From positions 1 through 64,000 of the forward strand of contig NW_021830464.1 of NCBI RefSeq assembly GCF_006345805.1: a stretch of DNA of 64,000 bases. The letters are read 5' to 3'. Numbering within the stretch: position 1 is the first letter of the stretch; each line of letters opens with the position of its first letter. The position numbers and the translations under genes were made by a program. Source of the DNA: Octopus sinensis. Its lineage: Eukaryota. The notes under the pieces are model-generated. The model did no database searches. It was not told where the DNA came from and saw only the letters and a list, made by a program, of their open reading frames with translations. Shown here in pieces: positions 12,901 through 26,335 of this stretch.

Positions 12901-14140
12901 CTATATATAACGGCAATAACGATGATGATAATGATGATTACGATAATGATAGCAAGAATGAAGTCCTCCTCCTCCTCTCTCCTCCTCTTCCTCATCATCA
13001 TCATCATCATCATCATCATCGTCATCAACATCGTGTAGATTCCTATGAAAACTTTAAGCACAATAACAGTAACTAGGAAGAAACAAAAAAAACATGAACA
13101 TCAGCTGTAAGAACATCATCAAAAAAATGACCATGAAATCGGTGACGGCAACGAAGACGTGAGAGCGAAAATATAAGAAACAATATTAACAGCCAGCTAA
13201 ACAAAACTTGATATTTTCAACATGCAAGAAAACTATAATTCTTATATTTATTTCTGCTTGTGTATATAACGTGGGTGGGTCTCTATTTGTTTTCTGTGTG
13301 TGTGTGTGTGTGTGTAGATTGGTGTACGGGGGAGGATTTATTGTAATTAAACATCCTACGCATCATACACCACACATATACATATATTTTTATATCAATG
13401 AATATATACTACATAATACACACATATATACATATATACATATATATATACATATATATGCATGAGTGTTTAGTGAGGTCTCTTAGTGAAACTCTGTATA
13501 GAGATGTGCGTATATATATATATATATATAATATATATATATATATATTTATGTATATATATATTCGCGTATATGTCGTGTGCGTATGTGTTCTTGTGTG
13601 TTTGTATTTCGGGTGTGCGTAAATGTGTATAAACGTGTATGTGTATGTGTATATATGTTCGCGTGTGCCTGTGCTTGCATATATGTGTCAGTGTATATTT
13701 TTCTGCTTAATTTTTTACACTTTATTTTATCATTATCAGGAGAATATTTCATTGTTCTGTAATTTCCTTCTCTATAAAATCGTACCAAAAAAACACAAAA
13801 CAAGCACACTCACGCACACAGAAGCACACACACATTTAATATATATATATATGTATGTGTGTGTGTATATGTATATATATATGAGATATGATACACACAT
13901 TCACACACACACACACATACACACACACACATATATATGTGCCAGTGTGTGTATGTATATACACTTGTTTTGTTTTTTAAAGTGAAGAAGAAACATTTCT
14001 CCTTTAGCGGTAATCTGATCTTTCTGAAAAAATAACGGACGATGATTCACATTTTTGACATTCACGCATACATATACAACACATAGAAATATATTACATA
14101 CTTGCGCATACACACATTTGTTCAATATACAAACATGGTA

Positions 14141-14188
<48 letters not shown>

Positions 14189-14491
14189 CAACGTAATAAA
14201 AACAAATAAATTCATAAATTATACTGATGATAGTGATGCTGCTGACGTTGTCGAATAAGATGATAAAATAAAGACGAATATTTATGGTGGTAGTGGTGGT
14301 GATGGCGGCGGTGGTGTTAAGGGTTATTAGTGGCAGTAGTCGTAGTAGTAGTAGTAGTAAAAAATAATAATTGTTTCTTTACACGCCACGGGAACAAAAA
14401 AAATGAACATTGTAATACAATACAATACAATATCATATAATGGACATTTATTGGGGCCCATTTCTGCGTGTATACAAACATACATATATAT

Positions 14492-14549
<58 letters not shown>

Positions 14550-14855
14550 TGATATATTATATATATATATATATGCATATATACATATATATATGTATAT
14601 ATGCATAGACATGTATATGCATATAAGCCTGTATACACACACACACATGTATATATATATATATATTTATATATGTACATACATACACAGTATTTTATTT
14701 ATATATATGAGCATATATTAATACATACAATATATATATATATATATAATATATATAATAGCAGACGTTTGAACGTATGGCGAAGGTATGTATACGCACA
14801 TGCATACATGCTGATATATGTGTGTGTGGGTGTGTATATGTATTATGTCTGCATA

Positions 14856-15085
14856 TTGCTTCCCAACCATATGGATCCGGGTTCAGTCCCACTGCACGGC
14901 GCCTTCGGCAAGTGTCGACGAACCCTTGTGAGCGGGTTTGGTAGGCGTAAACTGAAAAAGCCCGTCATATATAAATGCGTATGTGTATGTGTGTGTATGC
15001 ATGTGTGTGTGTGTGTTTATGTGTGTTTCTGTCAGTTTTCCTCCCACAACCAGCATCACTTGATAACAGGTGTTATTGAGTAGTT
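14856..15085 (+). mobile_element. SINE family A, partial
   Basis: ttgcttcccaaccatatggatccgggttcagtcccactgcacggcgccttcggcaagtgtc...ggtttggtaggcgtaaactgaaaaagccc. Confidence 0.8.
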
Positions 15086-15429
15086 TACTTAGGCATTTAC
15101 TTACAAAACCTAGCGCCCCCATTATTATTGGTATAAATCCAATTTATCATCTAGGTATACGAGATTTGAGATTTCAAAGAACTTCTCTATAGTTATATAT
15201 ATGGGTTTATGGATATATATATATATATATTATAGATATAATATATATATAATATACATGTATATGTTTGTATTGGTATATATAAAAATTAGTGTACGTT
15301 TACATGTTTCTATATCAGTGTGTATGTATGTTTACATATGTATATGTAAATCCATGTACGTCTGTTTAAACTATATTATGTTATTTGCGAATACCCAATG
15401 CATATTAATTGAAAACTCTCCTAAAGGAG

Positions 15430-16560
15430 TGTAACACAGAGGAGAGAAGGGAGGACGTCTTGGAAAATTCTAAGGAGGGGGAAAGAGGAGAAAGGGGTTG
15501 AAGGACTTTCTGGAAAAGTCCGAAGGGACGAAGGGGAGAGGACAGACTTCCTGGAAATCTCGAAGGTGGGGTGAGTGGAAAAGTGTGAGGGGTGAGTGGG
15601 ACTTCATGGAAAATTCCAACGAAAGGGAGAAAGGGCTTCCCGGAAAAGTCCGAGGAGGTTGGAAAAGTACAAGGAGTGGGGAAGGGGAGAATGTCCTCTG
15701 TGGAAAAGTCCGAGAAGGGGTGATCGGGACTTCTTTGAAAATTTCCTGGAGGGGAGGAAGAGGAGGAAAGATTTCCCCCTCTTCCAAAAAGTTGTGGATT
15801 TCCTGGAAAAGTCCGAGGATAGGAAGGAAGTGGAGGAGGGGAGGAATGAATTCCCGGAACATCCGTGCACTTCATGGAAAAGTCAAATGAGGAGGAGGGA
15901 TCCTTGAAAAGATCGAGGCCCTCATGGAACCGTCTAAGAAATTTCTACAAAAGTCCAAGGAGGGGAGAAATGGGAGGACGGGGAGGAAGCACTTCCTAGA
16001 AACGTTCGACGAGTGAAATTAATGACTTTCCTGAAATGTTCGGATGAGAGGGATGGGGGAAGGAGAAGGAAGTACTTCCTGGAAAAGTACGCGGCATGGA
16101 GTAGGGGGCGGAAGGGCTTCATGGAAAAGTCTAAGGAAGCGGACGAGGAGGATGGGGAGGAAGGACTTCCTGGAAAAATCCGAGGAGGGTAGGAAAGGAA
16201 GGTGGGGAGGAAGACTTCCTGGAAAAGTTCTAGGACTTCCTGGAAAATATCGATGAGTGGGAGAGAGGGGAGGAAGTGGAGGTGAACTTCCTCGAAAAGT
16301 TCGAAGATGGGGACGAAGGGGAGGAAGATGAGGAAGGACTTCCTTGAAACGTCCAAGGAGGGGGAGGAAGTGGAGGTGTGGTGATGGACTTCTTGGAAAA
16401 GACCGAGGAGAGTCCGAGAAGAGTAGGAGTGGGAGGACGGACTTCCTAGAAAAGTTCGAGGGGGAGGAGGAATGCGAGGAAAAGGAGGAAGGACTTCCTG
16501 GAAAATTCCGAGTAGGGGTGGGTACTTCCTGGAAAATATCAAGGGCGGGGGGGAGACAGG
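15430..16560. repeat. Purine-rich minisatellite, ~35-60-bp units with core GGACTTCCTGGAAAAGTCC
   Basis: Core recurs more than 20 times, separated by G/A-rich spacers, with strong purine bias on the + strand. Confidence 0.9.
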
Positions 16561-16574
16561 GAAGAAGGCGAGGA

Positions 16575-16802
16575 AGCGATATTCTTTTATTCTTTTACTT
16601 GTTTCAGTCATTTTACGGTTGCCATGCTGGAGGGGAATAGTCGATTACATCGAGCCCAGTGTTTCCCTGGTATTTATTTCATCGACCCCGAAAGGATGAA
16701 AGGTACAATCGACCTCGACGGAATTTGAACTCAGAACACAAAGACGGAAGAAATGCCGCTAAGCATTTTGCTCGGCGTGCAGCCTATCCTGCCAGCTCAC
16801 TG
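16575..16802 (-). mobile_element. Chimeric SINE: family C head and body with family A tail
   Basis: The C-type head and gccgaggtcga..tttcatcctttcggggtcgat body end in ccagcatggc...aatgactgaaacaagtaaaagaataaaag, the A-family tail. Confidence 0.75.
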
Positions 16803-16804
16803 CG

Positions 16805-16945
16805 TGGATAATAAATAATAATAACAACAACAACAAGAAAACCAATAATAATAATAATAATAATAATAATATACTAAAAGAAGAAGAAGAAGAAGAAGAA
16901 GAAGAAGAAGAAGAAGAAGAAGAAGAAGAAGAAGAAGAAGACGAA
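16805..16945. repeat. (AAT)n and (GAA)n microsatellites
   Basis: Direct reading. Confidence 0.95.
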
Positions 16946-18079
16946 TAATAATGAATAATCATTGGCTTATAAAATATCGATATGTGCAGTTACGTACACT
17001 GAATCGTGGGACTGTTCCTTCTGTGGGATTCAGCCTCGGGAAAGTATTCATTCTAAAGTAAGTCGTGTGTTAAAACACACAATATGCTTTTGGCAACGAC
17101 AGTAGACTCTCACTTACCGGTCGTTTCGGCGTGAGTTTGACTCGTCTGTGACAGATTTAGAACTAGATAACGAATCCTGTTGTTATAAAGAAGTTGGCAA
17201 AAACATGTGTATATACTGGTGATTGTGAAAGCGTGTCAGTGTACATGGTAAATTATCATATGCAATTAAAAAGCAGAGTTGAAATTATAACACGTATGTA
17301 CACACAAATATTCGGAGAAGTGCTTCAAAGTGATCTCTTTGAAATTTTCCTGATTCTGCAAATTTTAACCATGTAAAATTTTCTTTTTAATTGACACACT
17401 CACTCATTCATTCACTTACTCACTCTGTCACTCACTCACTCATTCACTCACTCACTCACTCCGTCGCTCACTTACCTACTCACTAACTCACTCACTGACG
17501 CGCACTCGCATACACAAACGCAAGTAAACGATCCAGCGCAGAAACAAATATGTGTCCTTCAAATCAAATCTACATATATGCATACACATTCCTAAATACA
17601 TACATGTATACGCACATGCATATATTGTACATACACTGAAACGCAGAGATAAAAACAGACACATAGACACACATACGCAGATTAATAGAGAAGAATATGC
17701 ATTAATTAATCCCAACATGCAAAATCCAATTTCAGTGTCAACAACGATGTCTTTAAGATAGCATGTTCCCACTTGTTATTATTATTAATGTTAAAAATAT
17801 TGATATTATATTGATAAAATTACTGATATTATAATAATTACTGCAATATTATAAAATATCTGCTGCATCAACTTTAATAGGAATACATATAATGAATTTT
17901 TATAATATCAATTATTATTATGATAATCATAATATTAATAATGCTAAAGCCTGCAGCACACAAACAACTAAAATATATTCCAGATCTAAATCATAAATAA
18001 CTATAAAAGGATCCAATATCTTTAGATTAGGAAAGGCAGTGATCAGATTGTAAATTAAAAACAAAATACACACACAGTG

Positions 18080-18137
<58 letters not shown>

Positions 18138-19110
18138 TTAACATAATATTGTGAAAAGTGGTATACGGAATAAATTATATCCCAAAATTAATTGTTGTAG
18201 CAAGCAACTTTGTGAGGTTTATAAACTGAGATTTCTCCATTTTTTCGTTATTTATTTGCTCACACACATATATACGTATATGTGTTTGTTTATTAATTTT
18301 CATCTACAAAATTGTTTTACCCCAATAATTTTACCATAGCTACGAAGCAGGAATAATTCAACAAAATCATGAGGGAAAAATAAAAGCCCCTGTAAAAAAA
18401 AAAAAAAACGTAAAATAAAAAAAAACACATCCTTAAATAGGAAGAAAATACAAATTCTTTAATACGCGCCTCCCAGGTTTCTCTCTCATTGATCAGAGAA
18501 ATTTATTTGTATTATTGTTCACTGACACGATGGAAAATAATATTGTTCTCAGCAACATTAAAATCGAATTGCAATGAAAACTTAAGAAAATAATGATCGA
18601 TTTGACTACAACGGGGAGTTAAAAAAATAGGGAGAAAGATATAGAAAATATATTACTTTGAATTATGTTGCTCCAATTACAAATCATATTTCTATACATG
18701 TTCAATTTTTCTCTTTAGTGTGAATAGCTAGTTATCTCAGCTCTCTTATTTAAAGTATTTTGATTTTTTGCTCTAATTTATTGATATCAGAAAAGAAAAT
18801 ATATTTATCATCTCACGAATTGTGAAATTCTATATAGTTGGCGTTAAATTCTAGTTATCATTCACGCTAAATGAAAAGAAGATGATAATTATTAATTCTT
18901 AGAATGGAAGTTTGTTGCAGGTAAGATAGCCATAGCGAAGTTTGAAACCTCACCTATTTGCTAAAGGAGAGAAGCTATGAGCCTGTAAATTAAATATCTT
19001 CTACTCTGAAACAACTTAAACGGCTGCTGTAACATATATACACAATCATGCCAAAAACATCCGATCAGAAATAACAAAATCATGAAATTTCCGAATAATT
19101 CTTCTTACAA

Positions 19111-19311
19111 TAGGCACGGGTTATCTGTGTGGTTTCTAGTGCAGCTCCACTGTACGATATCCTGGACAAGTGTCTTCTTTATAGTCCTGGGCTATCCAGT
19201 GCTTTATGGGTGAAATTGGCTAACGGGAACTGTGTGGAAGCCAGTCGCCTACACAGACATATGTATATTTTAGATTCGGTAAAGGGAACTGAAAGAAACC
19301 CGTCATATATA

Positions 19312-19374
<63 letters not shown>

Positions 19375-19458
19375 GTATGTATGTATATGTAATATATACA
19401 TATGTATATATATGAAGGGTTTCTTTGTATATGTTATATATGTATATATATATATATG

Positions 19459-19492
<34 letters not shown>

Positions 19493-19700
19493 AATAACGT
19501 ATGTGTATCTATGTGCCTACTTCCCGACCTCTCGCAACCAGAATTGGTTTGTTTACGTCCAACGTAACTTAGTACCTCGATAAAAGAAAACGATAGAATA
19601 AGTACCAGATGTCCAAAATTAGTACTTTGTACTACCAAAACACAGCTGTGCAGTGCGCCATCTTGGCCGCAATACAATGACTGTAGAAAGTAAAAGTGGT
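19111..19700 (+). mobile_element. Old degenerate SINE family A split by an (AT)n expansion
   Basis: ggacaagtgtcttctttatagtcctggg...gggaactgtgtggaagcc in the 5' half; tttacgtcc..cgtaacttag...cgatagaataagtac...tggccgcaatacaatgactg in the 3' half. Confidence 0.6.
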
Positions 19701-21001
19701 AAAAGAGGCGTCATTAATACCAAACTTCTGGAAAAGAAGTAAAACTAAAATCTTCGAAGCCAATGAAGTATCTTGCGTAATTTAGTCTCCAACCATGAAA
19801 TTCCCACTATAGGAAGATATAAAATTCTTGACCTTTGCCACCCTAAATTTGATATTTTTCATCAATTATTTCTGTCTCCGATGTTCTTCAGAATTAAAAT
19901 TCCGTAATAAATCTCAGTCTTCCCGAATTATTTGGAAACACGTAAAATTGTAGAGTCTCAAACACCTTAAATTAACTTTGCTGCCTCCATACAATTTGAG
20001 TTCAGATCCCACCGCAGTCAACTACAATTTTTGTATAGAATACTTTGCCTGCATTAAATGAAATAGCAGATGTTTTATACGAATGTGTAGGATGCCTAAA
20101 TTTTCCAGTTTCGATTCGCCGGCAAATTAGTCAAATTACAGTTACTTTCTTGTTTGAAAAAGTTTTCATAGTAAAACAAAGCTCATTACTTTGAGAACTG
20201 CATCATTGTATTAATTATATGCTTGATTATATTAGAGGGATAATAAAGCTTGTTACCGTAGGTTTCTTGAGGGTACATAATACAACGTAAACACTAATAA
20301 AACACTATCTATAAGACATAAAATAAATAATGATTTCATTAGAGGGGTTGCAGTAAGTAATTAATAAAGCTATATATTTCAGGTTGTAAATATATCAACA
20401 CGTTATCATCTTCATGATTCAAGTAACACATATCTAGAGGGAAAAATTGTAGCGTGATATGTCTACGAGATCAAATGATGCCAGTTAATTATTTCTGTAG
20501 GATCTTATAATGAGCGATGCCTGTATATGTCTGATGTATCAAGATTGTGCTAATTGTTGTTTCAATAAATTCTTTGTAATTTTGGCAGTTTTAATCAGAT
20601 AGACATAAATCTCTGATAAAACACAAATTATGAAATAAGAGTTTGGTTTTGCATATAAGAAAGTTGCTTTTTTGTGTGTTTTTTTATAGTTTTGAAGTCC
20701 CTTTTTACATGAACGTTGTTAGATAATTGGTTAATGATCTCAAACAGAGACACAAGGCTCGAGATATGGGAGAGCGAAATAGTTGATTACAGCAACCAAA
20801 CACTTGATGGAAACATTATTTTGTGAGGTTCATGAGAAATGAAATGTAAAGTTGACGTCAGCCTGATTTGATCCCAAAACATAAAGATGCAGGAACAATA
20901 CTGTGACAAAAGTTACTGTTGTTTCATCTCTAAAGATGAAATTAATTCTTCGAAAATTTATAACGTATGATAGCTTTTAGGTCTTTTATTTGGGAGAGAA
21001 G

Positions 21002-21290
21002 TGGAGGCACATGGCCTAGTGGTTAGGGCAGTGGACTCGCGGTCGATGGATCGCGGGTTCGAATCTCAGACCGGGCGATGTGTGTATTTATAAGCGAAAA
21101 AACTAATCTGCAAGCGGCTCAGGCGAACTTCTGCTGACTCTTTCGCCACAACTTTCTCTCACTCTTTGCTCCTGCAACTTGCAGCTCACCTGGACGGACC
21201 AGTGTCCTGTTCAGGTGGAGAACCTATACGCCAAGGAAACCGGGAAACCGGCCCATATGAGCCAGGCATGGCTCGAGAAGGAGCGAACAT
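21002..21290 (+). mobile_element. SINE with family B tRNA head and a different 3' tail
   Basis: tggcctagtggttagggcagtggactcgcggtcg...ggttcgaatctc, B-like cacaactttctctcactc, then an unrelated tail ending gagccaggcatggctcgagaagga. Confidence 0.8.
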
Positions 21291-22984
21291 TTGGGAGAGA
21301 AAGCATTGCTGTAGTGAGAGAGAGGTAGAAAGCTATCCTCAAACCAAAGACCCGAAAGCCTGCAACACAGTAGATTCCACTACTTAATTTATCATCCAGT
21401 TTAAGATAAATCCACATGACGGGATTTGAACTCCGAATAAAAGTGTCCGGTTCAATGTCCTTACATTTGTTAATTCCCCACCTTGAGGTTTCTAAGAAAA
21501 TTTGCTTGAGCTCTAGAACTTATAAGATGAGATACCCGGCTTCCATAGTGACCGAGGGGACAAGAATCCATATTAGTGACCGAGGTGACAAGAATCCTCT
21601 CAACGGTCCGTTGCAAGGTTCAACGCAAACAGTGAGCTGAGGAAGCATGTTGATTGTATCTACATCTGTACTTGACTGGTTCTTTATTTTATCGATCCCG
21701 ACGTTCTTTAATAGTTGCTAATTCACCCCCTCTGATGAGTATTGATGAAATACTGAGAGAACATATGATGGCAGTAACAGGTTTCCAATAAACAGAAATA
21801 TACATTAAAGCAATTTTTCAGGTTGTAGTGTCATATATGAACAATGTCGGAAGTGCACATGGTGATACAATAGCAAGGAGACGGGCAGATGAAAATCAAA
21901 TATAAATATAAATTCATCGTGCAAATTGATATCTCATTAATGCAGGATAACTAAGCATATCATCATGTGGATGAACAGCGTATACTGTTGTTGCTGAGCG
22001 AAATATATGATAAAAAGCATTTCAACCATAGATCGTCGGTTTCCCCCCCCCCAAAAAAAATGAAATAGTCCTTTTCATGATTGCCACTAATTATAAATTT
22101 TAAGAACTTCATTATTCCTTAATTTAAAATTCAAAGTTTAAATGCCACCAAATATTATTTAAGAATTATCTCCATTGCATTAATTGCCTGCAGTGAACAC
22201 ATAGTAATCGTGCATAGTTTATCAGGAACTAAAATTTTAAGAACTTCGAAGCCACAAAAAAGACAATTATTGCGTATCCTATGCACTTGCTTCTTTATTC
22301 CTTAATTTGAAATTCACACTTCGATTCCTACCAAATATTAGAATAGAATTATCTCCTTTGTATTAACTGTCCTGCAGGGAACACATAGTTGCCGTGGATA
22401 GTTTATCAGAAACTACATTATCCAAATTGCTCCTCCACTATAAAGATTTTCTATGCTATTTCTAGCAAATTGTGAGGCGTAGTATTTGCTCACCAACTGG
22501 TTCTGTTGTTTTTGAGCTTCTTATCAGAATTAGTTGTAATGTCCGTTAGTTCTATAAAACTATTGAAGTTTTAAGACTCTGTTCAGAACTGGGTTTCGTT
22601 CAAAGTTATCCTTAGAGATGATGCGATTTACGTCGACAAGTGTAACTGATTGAGATATCAGATCAGCAGAACAAGGAAATGAAACATGCGCTGATGTTTG
22701 ACTGCTGTGCGTTGTGAAACAGAGATCTTACTATATCTGACTGTTGCACGCACTAAGGGCTGGGAGAAATCCTGCTTTTAGGTCATTATTGTCTCTAATA
22801 ACATTAAGCAATATTGCTGCCGAATTAAAAATGTGCAATCGTATAGAGTTTTATACCAGTAATATAAAGAGGTGAAATACATTTAAGTCTACTTGTGAAA
22901 CAAAGAGATGTGATATGTTTCAGTCTCATTAAGCTTCTTCATTGAAACATTTTCTTCTTACTTGGCAAAACCAAACCTGATGAA

Positions 22985-23076
<92 letters not shown>

Positions 23077-23090
23077 GATCAATCGATCGA
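22985..23090. repeat. (TATC)n microsatellite
   Basis: Direct reading. Confidence 0.95.
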
Positions 23091-23094
23091 TCTA

Positions 23095-23975
23095 TCATCG
23101 CATGAAAGGACAGGCGTATATGAACAGAGGATCGTGCATGGATATGTTAGTAGAAAGCTCTGAGATGATAGTAGCATTGAACATCGAAGCAGTCTATAAT
23201 GGACCAAAAACTGGATTGCTACCTCCCGTTTTGAAGGGTATGTGTTTGCAATCCAGGAACAAGAAATATCAGCCAAATACCTGATGCACAAATGGTGCAG
23301 AGATGCAGGAGGAGCAGTAAAATATGGCAACCGATGTAGACCTTGTGGAAATAACACCGAAGATATCACCTACATCCTAAGCAGATGTCCGAAACTAACA
23401 TTACAGTATTATCTACCGATGAGACATGATGTTGTAGCTATAATGAAATCCGTCGGAAGGATAACCCCGAGACAGAGAAATAAGAACCCACCGTATGGTA
23501 GAAGCCGTAGCCACTCAGAAAGGAGTGCAGGTGGAATGTCCCAGGGAAAACCTCAATAAAATGTAAACTCAACAGACTGATATAATGATTAGGGATAGAG
23601 AAAGGAAACGGTGTACAGTTGTGGAAGTCAGCTGCTCAGCGGATGTTAACATAAGGTGAAGATTAGTGAAGAAGAGAATCCTGCTGAACTATTGAGAAAT
23701 CTGCAGTTACTCTATCCAAATTATTAGTTCACGTTTATACCTGTAATTATTGGGGCACTGGGATATGTAACAGACTATGTAACAGAAATGAGGCTACTCA
23801 AAATCAGAAAGAAGATAATTCGAAGACTACAGATCCAAGCCATCACTGAACTGTAAAAATCTGTAATACTTTCCAGAAGTTTATCATTTATGTATATATG
23901 AGCATGTCTAGATATGCAAGTATATGCATGAGAAGACAAGCATAAAACAAAACATACAATCCTGCACGTATACAT
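23095..23975 (+). mobile_element. 5'-truncated RLE-clade non-LTR retrotransposon (second family)
   Basis: FAIQEQEISAKYL...RCRPCGNNTEDITYILSRC...RHDVVA (degenerate CCHC knuckle plus RHD), later VVEVSC and LQLLYPNY*FTFIPVIIGALGYV; ends in (CATA)n. Confidence 0.85.
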
Positions 23976-24019
23976 ACATACATACATAGTACACACATAG
24001 ATACATACACACATATATA

Positions 24020-24372
24020 CTCTTTTACTCTTTTACTCTTTTACTTGTTTCAGTCATTTGACTGCGGCCATGCTGGAGCACCGCCTTTAATCGAGCAACT
24101 CGACCCCGGGACTTATTCTTTTGTAAGCCCAGTACTTATTCTATCGGGCTCTTTTGCTGAACCGCTAAGTGACGGGGACATAAACACTAAGGGACAAACA
24201 CAGACACACACACATATATATATATATACATATATACGACGGGCTTCTTTCATTTTCCGTCTACCAAATCCACTCACAAGGCTTTGGTCGGCCCGGGGCT
24301 ATAGTAGAAGACACTTGCCCAAGGTGCCACGCAGTGGGACTGAACCTGGAACCACACAGCCACTCCTGCGCC
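24020..24372 (-). mobile_element. SINE family A with (GTAAAAGA)n tail and small head deletion
   Basis: Colinear with 27002-27375 and 50050-50460. Confidence 0.9.
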
Positions 24373-25419
24373 TATATATATATATATATATATAATGAAT
24401 ATATAATGTCTATCTATACATATATGTGTGTGTGAGTGTGTGTGTGCATGTGTGTGTGTGCGTGCGCGTGCGTATATATCTATGTATGCATTCATGCGTA
24501 TATGTTTATGAAGAGGGATTATAGTAAACTTTGATTATAGCTAATAAAAAATACCTCAGTGATGCGTTCTACTTTGTTCGTCTAAGGTAGGTCTTCACAC
24601 ATGTAATGTAGGGAGTTGCAAAGCATTTAAATGTGTTATCCGGAAGACTATATGATTGGTTGTCTATGCCATCAGGCGTAGCTTGTCATAGACAAAAATT
24701 ATGTGGGGGACTCCAAAATTGTCTCACAAAAAGTAAATAAAACGTATGAAAGAATTTAAAGAAAAGTACAGGCATTCGATGATGTTAACGGAAATAAAAG
24801 GTTTTAGAGTTTGTGGATGAGGGAAGGATTTTAATCAGGCGGAAGAGCTCTTTGAGATGTGGGAATTAATTTCGATTATTTTATACGAATATTTCGAATT
24901 AAAGAGATATTTTATTCCAAGCAAAAGAACAACAACTAAACGACACGACAAAATAACAGAAAAAAAAATATATAAGAGAACGAAGAACATAACGAACACC
25001 ATCCCCCAAGAAATATTCCCCGATAAAATTCTCTCTAAAAAAGTTAGATAAAAATAAAAAAAAAAAAATTGAGAACGAGAAAGGAAGACGAAAATGGTAA
25101 GGAACAAAAGGAAATGAAAATTTAATTCTGCTGGAATGTTTACAGAAATGAGAACAATATCGACAACTGCAAAATTATCGACTTTCAAAACCAGAAAAAT
25201 ATCGATTTTTAAAATCAGGAGGTACGAATTTATTTATTTTATATTTTTTATTTGGTTTTATTTTTCAATTTAAATATGAATTTCCACTGTTTATTTGCAG
25301 CTGGAGATAATTTTTTTTTTACACTTTAAAAAATATGTATATTTAAATTGAAATTAGTGATGAGTGTTGTTGATACTGATGAAGGGTTAAGTTTATGATG
25401 ACGATGAAGAGATCATAAA

Positions 25420-25517
25420 ATGATGATGGTGATGGTGGTGATAATAGTGGCAATGATAACAATGATGACGATCACGACGACGACGACGAAGACAACGATG
25501 ATGTTGATGGATGTTGA

Positions 25518-25548
<31 letters not shown>

Positions 25549-25720
25549 CGATGATGATGATGAGGAGGAGGAGGTGGATGATGACGACGACGACGACAAT
25601 GATGAAGACGGAGCTGAAAACTTCGACAATGTTGATGGTGATGACAGCAGAAAGAACAATTATGAAAAGGATGATGAAATTATCGAATACAATGACAAGA
25701 TCAGATCAAGGATGGCAATT
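25420..25720. repeat. (GAT/GAC)n low-complexity tract
   Basis: Direct reading; the poly-Asp ORF has no unique flanking coding sequence. Confidence 0.85.
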
Positions 25721-25979
25721 ATCGTTACGATACTGATACAGAAAGTGTACAATAGTAAAGAGATGTTTGATGAAATAATATTCTCCAATATGATAACAAC
25801 CATATAATAAGAATTTTCTGAGACTGAATATGACGAAAATGATAACGATAGGGTTCAACAATATTACTATCATCATCATCAGCAGCAGCAGCAACAGCAT
25901 ATAAGTGTGCCCAGCAGAATTTTTGAGATGGAGTGTTAAATATTCTGGTTTCATGAGGAGGGATATGTTATGATAATTA

Positions 25980-26335
25980 ACTCTGTCCTAGGCACAAGAC
26001 CATGAAATTTTTTGGGGAAAGGCGCCAGTCGATTACATCGAACCCAGTGTGAAACTAGTACTTATTTCATCGCCCCAGAAAGTATGAAAGGTGAAGTCGA
26101 CTGCAGCGTAATTTGAACTCAGAACATGGCGGCAGACGAAATACCGATATGTTATGATAATCATTTCTATTATAGGCACAATTTTGGAGGAGAGGGGGCA
26201 GTCGATTAGATCGACTTCAGTAATCAACTGGTACTTAATTTATCGGCCCCGAAAGGATGAAAGGCAAGGTCGACCTCAGCGGAATTTCAACTCAGAAAAT
26301 AGCGGAAGACGAAATGCCGATACGTTATAATAATT
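25980..26335 (-). mobile_element. Two tandem family C SINEs
   Basis: Two units of taggcacaa...agtcgatta.atcga...gtacttattt.atcg.ccc.gaaag.atgaaagg...atttgaactcagaa. Confidence 0.8.

Noticed and set aside
15405-16699. Overlapping long ORFs on both strands across the purine-rich array
   Set aside because: They are open only because the GC-rich minisatellite lacks stops; no domain is recognisable.
17118-17158. Minus-strand ...gacgagtcaaactcacgccGAAACG
   Set aside because: Core and stem II are incomplete.
21732-21760. CTGATGA-GTATT-gatga-AATAC hammerhead-like start
   Set aside because: GAAA and the cleavage triplet are missing; at best a decayed remnant.
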